Assembly (NCBI GenBank): GCA_963666565.1
Contig: OY762911.1
Location: forward strand, 3,072,001-3,136,000
Length of the DNA stretch: 64,000 nucleotides
Origin: Thermoanaerobaculia bacterium
Lineage (GTDB): Bacteria > Acidobacteriota > Thermoanaerobaculia > Multivoradales > Multivoraceae
Reading direction: 5' to 3'
The notes under the pieces are model-generated. The model was not told the DNA's origin and did no database searches. It saw nothing but the letters and a program-made list of their open reading frames with translations. Below are positions 61,804-64,000 of the stretch, piece after piece. Every line of letters begins with the position of its first letter. Position 1 is the stretch's first letter. The position numbers were made by a program, and so were the translations under genes.

Positions 61804-63999
61804 TCAGGGCTTCAGATGCGTCTCGAACAGCTTGAGGATCCGCCGGTACTCGTCGAGCCAGCTCGACGGCTCCACGAAGCCGTGCGCCTCCGCCGGGTAG
61901 ACGGCAAGTTCCCAGTCCTCCTTGCCGAGTTCGATCAGGCGCTGGACGAGCCGTACGGAGTCCTGGAACAGCACGTTGTCATCCAGCATGCCGGTGCAGA
62001 TGAGGAGGGGCTTCTCCAGGCCCTCGGCGAACTCGATCGGGGAGCTTCGTTCGTACGCCTCGGGGTCGAGCTCCGGCGTGTTCAGGATGTTCGACGTGTA
62101 GCGGTGGTTGTAGTGGGCCCAGTCGGTCACCGGCCGCAGCGCGGCGCCCGCGGCGAACAGCTCGGGCCGGCGGAACATCGCCATGAACGTGACGAAGCCG
62201 CCGTAGGAGCCGCCGTAGACGCCGATTCGCTCCCGGTCCACGCCGTGCTCGGCGGCCAGATAGTCGATGCCGTCGGCCAGGTCCTCGACCTCCGGCGTGC
62301 CCATCCGGCGGTAGATCGCGGTGCGCCAGTCGCGGCCGTAGCCGGCGGAGGCGCGGAAGTCCATGTCGAGCACGACGTAGCCGCGGCGCGCGAGCAGCGT
62401 GTGGAACATGAACTCCCGGAAGTAGGACGACCAGCCCTGGTGCGCGTTCTGCAGGTAGCCGGCGCCGTGGACGAACACGACCGCAGGCCTCGGCGCCTCC
62501 GCTTGACCGGACGGCAGGTAGAGGCGGGCGTGGATCGGCCGGTTCACGTGCGACGAGGGAACCTCGACGAACCGGGGCGCCGTCCAGTCGATGCCCAGGA
62601 ATTCGGGGGACACCGTTTCCGTCAGGCGGACCGCCTCGGCGCCCGGCGACGCTTCCTGCAGCCAGAGCTCGGGCGGCATGGCGGCGGTGGAGTGGACGAT
62701 CAGCAGGCGCCCGTCGTCGGGCGAGAGCCGGAACGAGTTCAGGCCGCCCAGGTCCGTGACCCGTTGGATGCCGCCGGCGGCCCGCGGAGATGCGGCGCCG
62801 TCGCCTCGCCGCCCGCCGGCCCCGACGCCGGGTCCGCGATCGCCTCGATCGCCGGGCCCTGCCGCCGGCACCGGCGTCCGGAAGACGTCGAAGACGCCGG
62901 GATGGTCCCGGTTCGCCTCGAAGTAGACGAAGGCGCCGTCGGCCGAAGCCTGGGGCGAGCGGACGACGAAGTCTCCCTCCGTGACCTGGCGCCGTTCGCC
63001 GGTCGCGGCGTGCATCAGGTAGAGGTGCGAGTAGCCGGTTTCCTCGGAGAGGAAGAAGATCGTCTCGTCGTCCGGCAGCCAGCCCAGGTCCTGGAACGCG
63101 TAGTTGATCCAGGCCGGATCCGTCAGCCGGTGCAGGGGGCGCAGTTCGCCGGCTTCCAGGTCGATGGCGGCAATCCAGCGGTCCTTGTTGTCGGCGGAGT
63201 AGGCCTGCACGACGGCTTGCGAGCCGTCCCGGTTGAAGCGCACCGGTCCGAAGCGGACCGGCCGGGGCTCGGACTCGTCGTCTTTCGCGGCGTCGTCCAC
63301 GGACCCGTCCTTCCCGGAGCCCTCCTCCTCGGGCCGGGCCTCCTTCGCCGCGTCGCTCTCGGATCCGTCCTCCTTGCTCCCGGCCTCCTGCGGCTCTGCC
63401 GGCGCCGCGTCGGGGCCGCCTGGGTCGTCGTCTCCATCGTCCCCGTTCAACGCCTCTTCCCGCGCCTTCTTCCGCTCGCGCGCCGCTTCCCGCAGGTCGG
63501 CCAGCGGATCGTCGGCGATTCCCGGCAGCACGGAGAGGTCGAGCGTCGCCGGTTCCGGGTCGCCGGCGCGCAGCAGGAGCAGCGTTTCGCCGGTCGCCTC
63601 GGCCGTCCCGACCTTCATCCGCACCTCCTCGACCTCGACCAGGCCGGTGGCGGTAACGTAGTTCGGCATCCGGTCGCGGAGGCCCTCGTCGCGCTGCTTC
63701 GGCCGGACGCGCAGAACGAGGCGGTCGAGGGCGGGGGACAGGGCGGAACCGGCGATCTCCACCTTGTCGCCGAGGTAATGGGGCGGGGCAAGGCGGCTCG
63801 CGTCGGCGGCCTGGCGTTCCCTGGCGACTTCGCGGCTGCGCTCCTCGCGCTCGCGGCGCTGGCGGACGATCTCGAGCAGCCGCGGCTGCTGCCGCTCCAG
63901 GTAGCCGGCTTCGGCGTCGCGCTCGGCCTGCTCGTCCTCCGGGTCTTCGGCCTCGCGGACGTCGAACGGCTGCCTCAGGAGGCCGGCGGCCCGCTCGCG
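61804..63999 (-). CDS. S9-family (dipeptidyl peptidase IV-like) serine peptidase, 5'-truncated
   Basis: Triad motifs VFVHGAG, GVYGGSYGG, DDNVLFQ and EAHGF; WD40-like propeller; the frame is open to the window end. Confidence 0.93.
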   Translation of the reverse strand, partial: RERAAGLLRQPFDVREAEDPEDEQAERDAEAGYLERQQPRLLEIVRQRREREERSREVARERQAADASRLAPPHYLGDKVEIAGSALSPALDRLVLRVRPKQRDEGLRDRMPNYVTATGLVEVEEVRMKVGTAEATGETLLLLRAGDPEPATLDLSVLPGIADDPLADLREAARERKKAREEALNGDDGDDDPGGPDAAPAEPQEAGSKEDGSESDAAKEARPEEEGSGKDGSVDDAAKDDESEPRPVRFGPVRFNRDGSQAVVQAYSADNKDRWIAAIDLEAGELRPLHRLTDPAWINYAFQDLGWLPDDETIFFLSEETGYSHLYLMHAATGERRQVTEGDFVVRSPQASADGAFVYFEANRDHPGVFDVFRTPVPAAGPGDRGDRGPGVGAGGRRGDGAASPRAAGGIQRVTDLGGLNSFRLSPDDGRLLIVHSTAAMPPELWLQEASPGAEAVRLTETVSPEFLGIDWTAPRFVEVPSSHVNRPIHARLYLPSGQAEAPRPAVVFVHGAGYLQNAHQGWSSYFREFMFHTLLARRGYVVLDMDFRASAGYGRDWRTAIYRRMGTPEVEDLADGIDYLAAEHGVDRERIGVYGGSYGGFVTFMAMFRRPELFAAGAALRPVTDWAHYNHRYTSNILNTPELDPEAYERSSPIEFAEGLEKPLLICTGMLDDNVLFQDSVRLVQRLIELGKEDWELAVYPAEAHGFVEPSSWLDEYRRILKLFETHLKP

Positions 64000-64000
64000 C

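Overview
Very GC-rich (visually about 70%) DNA from a diderm bacterium: it has two TonB-dependent receptors and several lipoproteins. The gene mix is suggestive of a marine or sponge-associated Acidobacteriota-like lineage, but that is inference only. Left to right the window holds: (1) a giant repetitive Ig-domain surface protein, cut by the left edge; (2) prfC and an acyl-CoA dehydrogenase pair; (3) a TonB receptor with a His-rich N-terminus behind a Cys-rich lipoprotein; (4) two VapBC-type toxin-antitoxin pairs and a secreted CHAT protein that lacks both catalytic residues; (5) RecQ, a POT transporter, acyl-CoA/LLM catabolic genes, a sulfatase, a large 2OG-Fe(II) oxygenase and PqaA; (6) a decayed defence-type patch (frameshifted ParA, UvrD fragment, orphan ABC/AAA ATPase); (7) a cluster of about 19 kb (42.7-61.6 kb) with three beta-propellers, an Fe-ADH, a HemN-like radical SAM enzyme, a TonB receptor, a flavin halogenase-like enzyme, DUF3311 plus a Na+:solute symporter, a GT4 and a LolD/MacB-type ABC exporter; (8) an S9 peptidase cut by the right edge. 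The cluster in (7) is the best candidate for an undescribed system. A REP-like hairpin family (13+2 copies, two stem variants) is scattered through the window. It forms MITE-like doublets and tandem arrays, and is translated inside three cluster genes. No rRNA, tRNA, CRISPR array or transposase was seen. All family calls come from motif recognition by eye; no searches were run.
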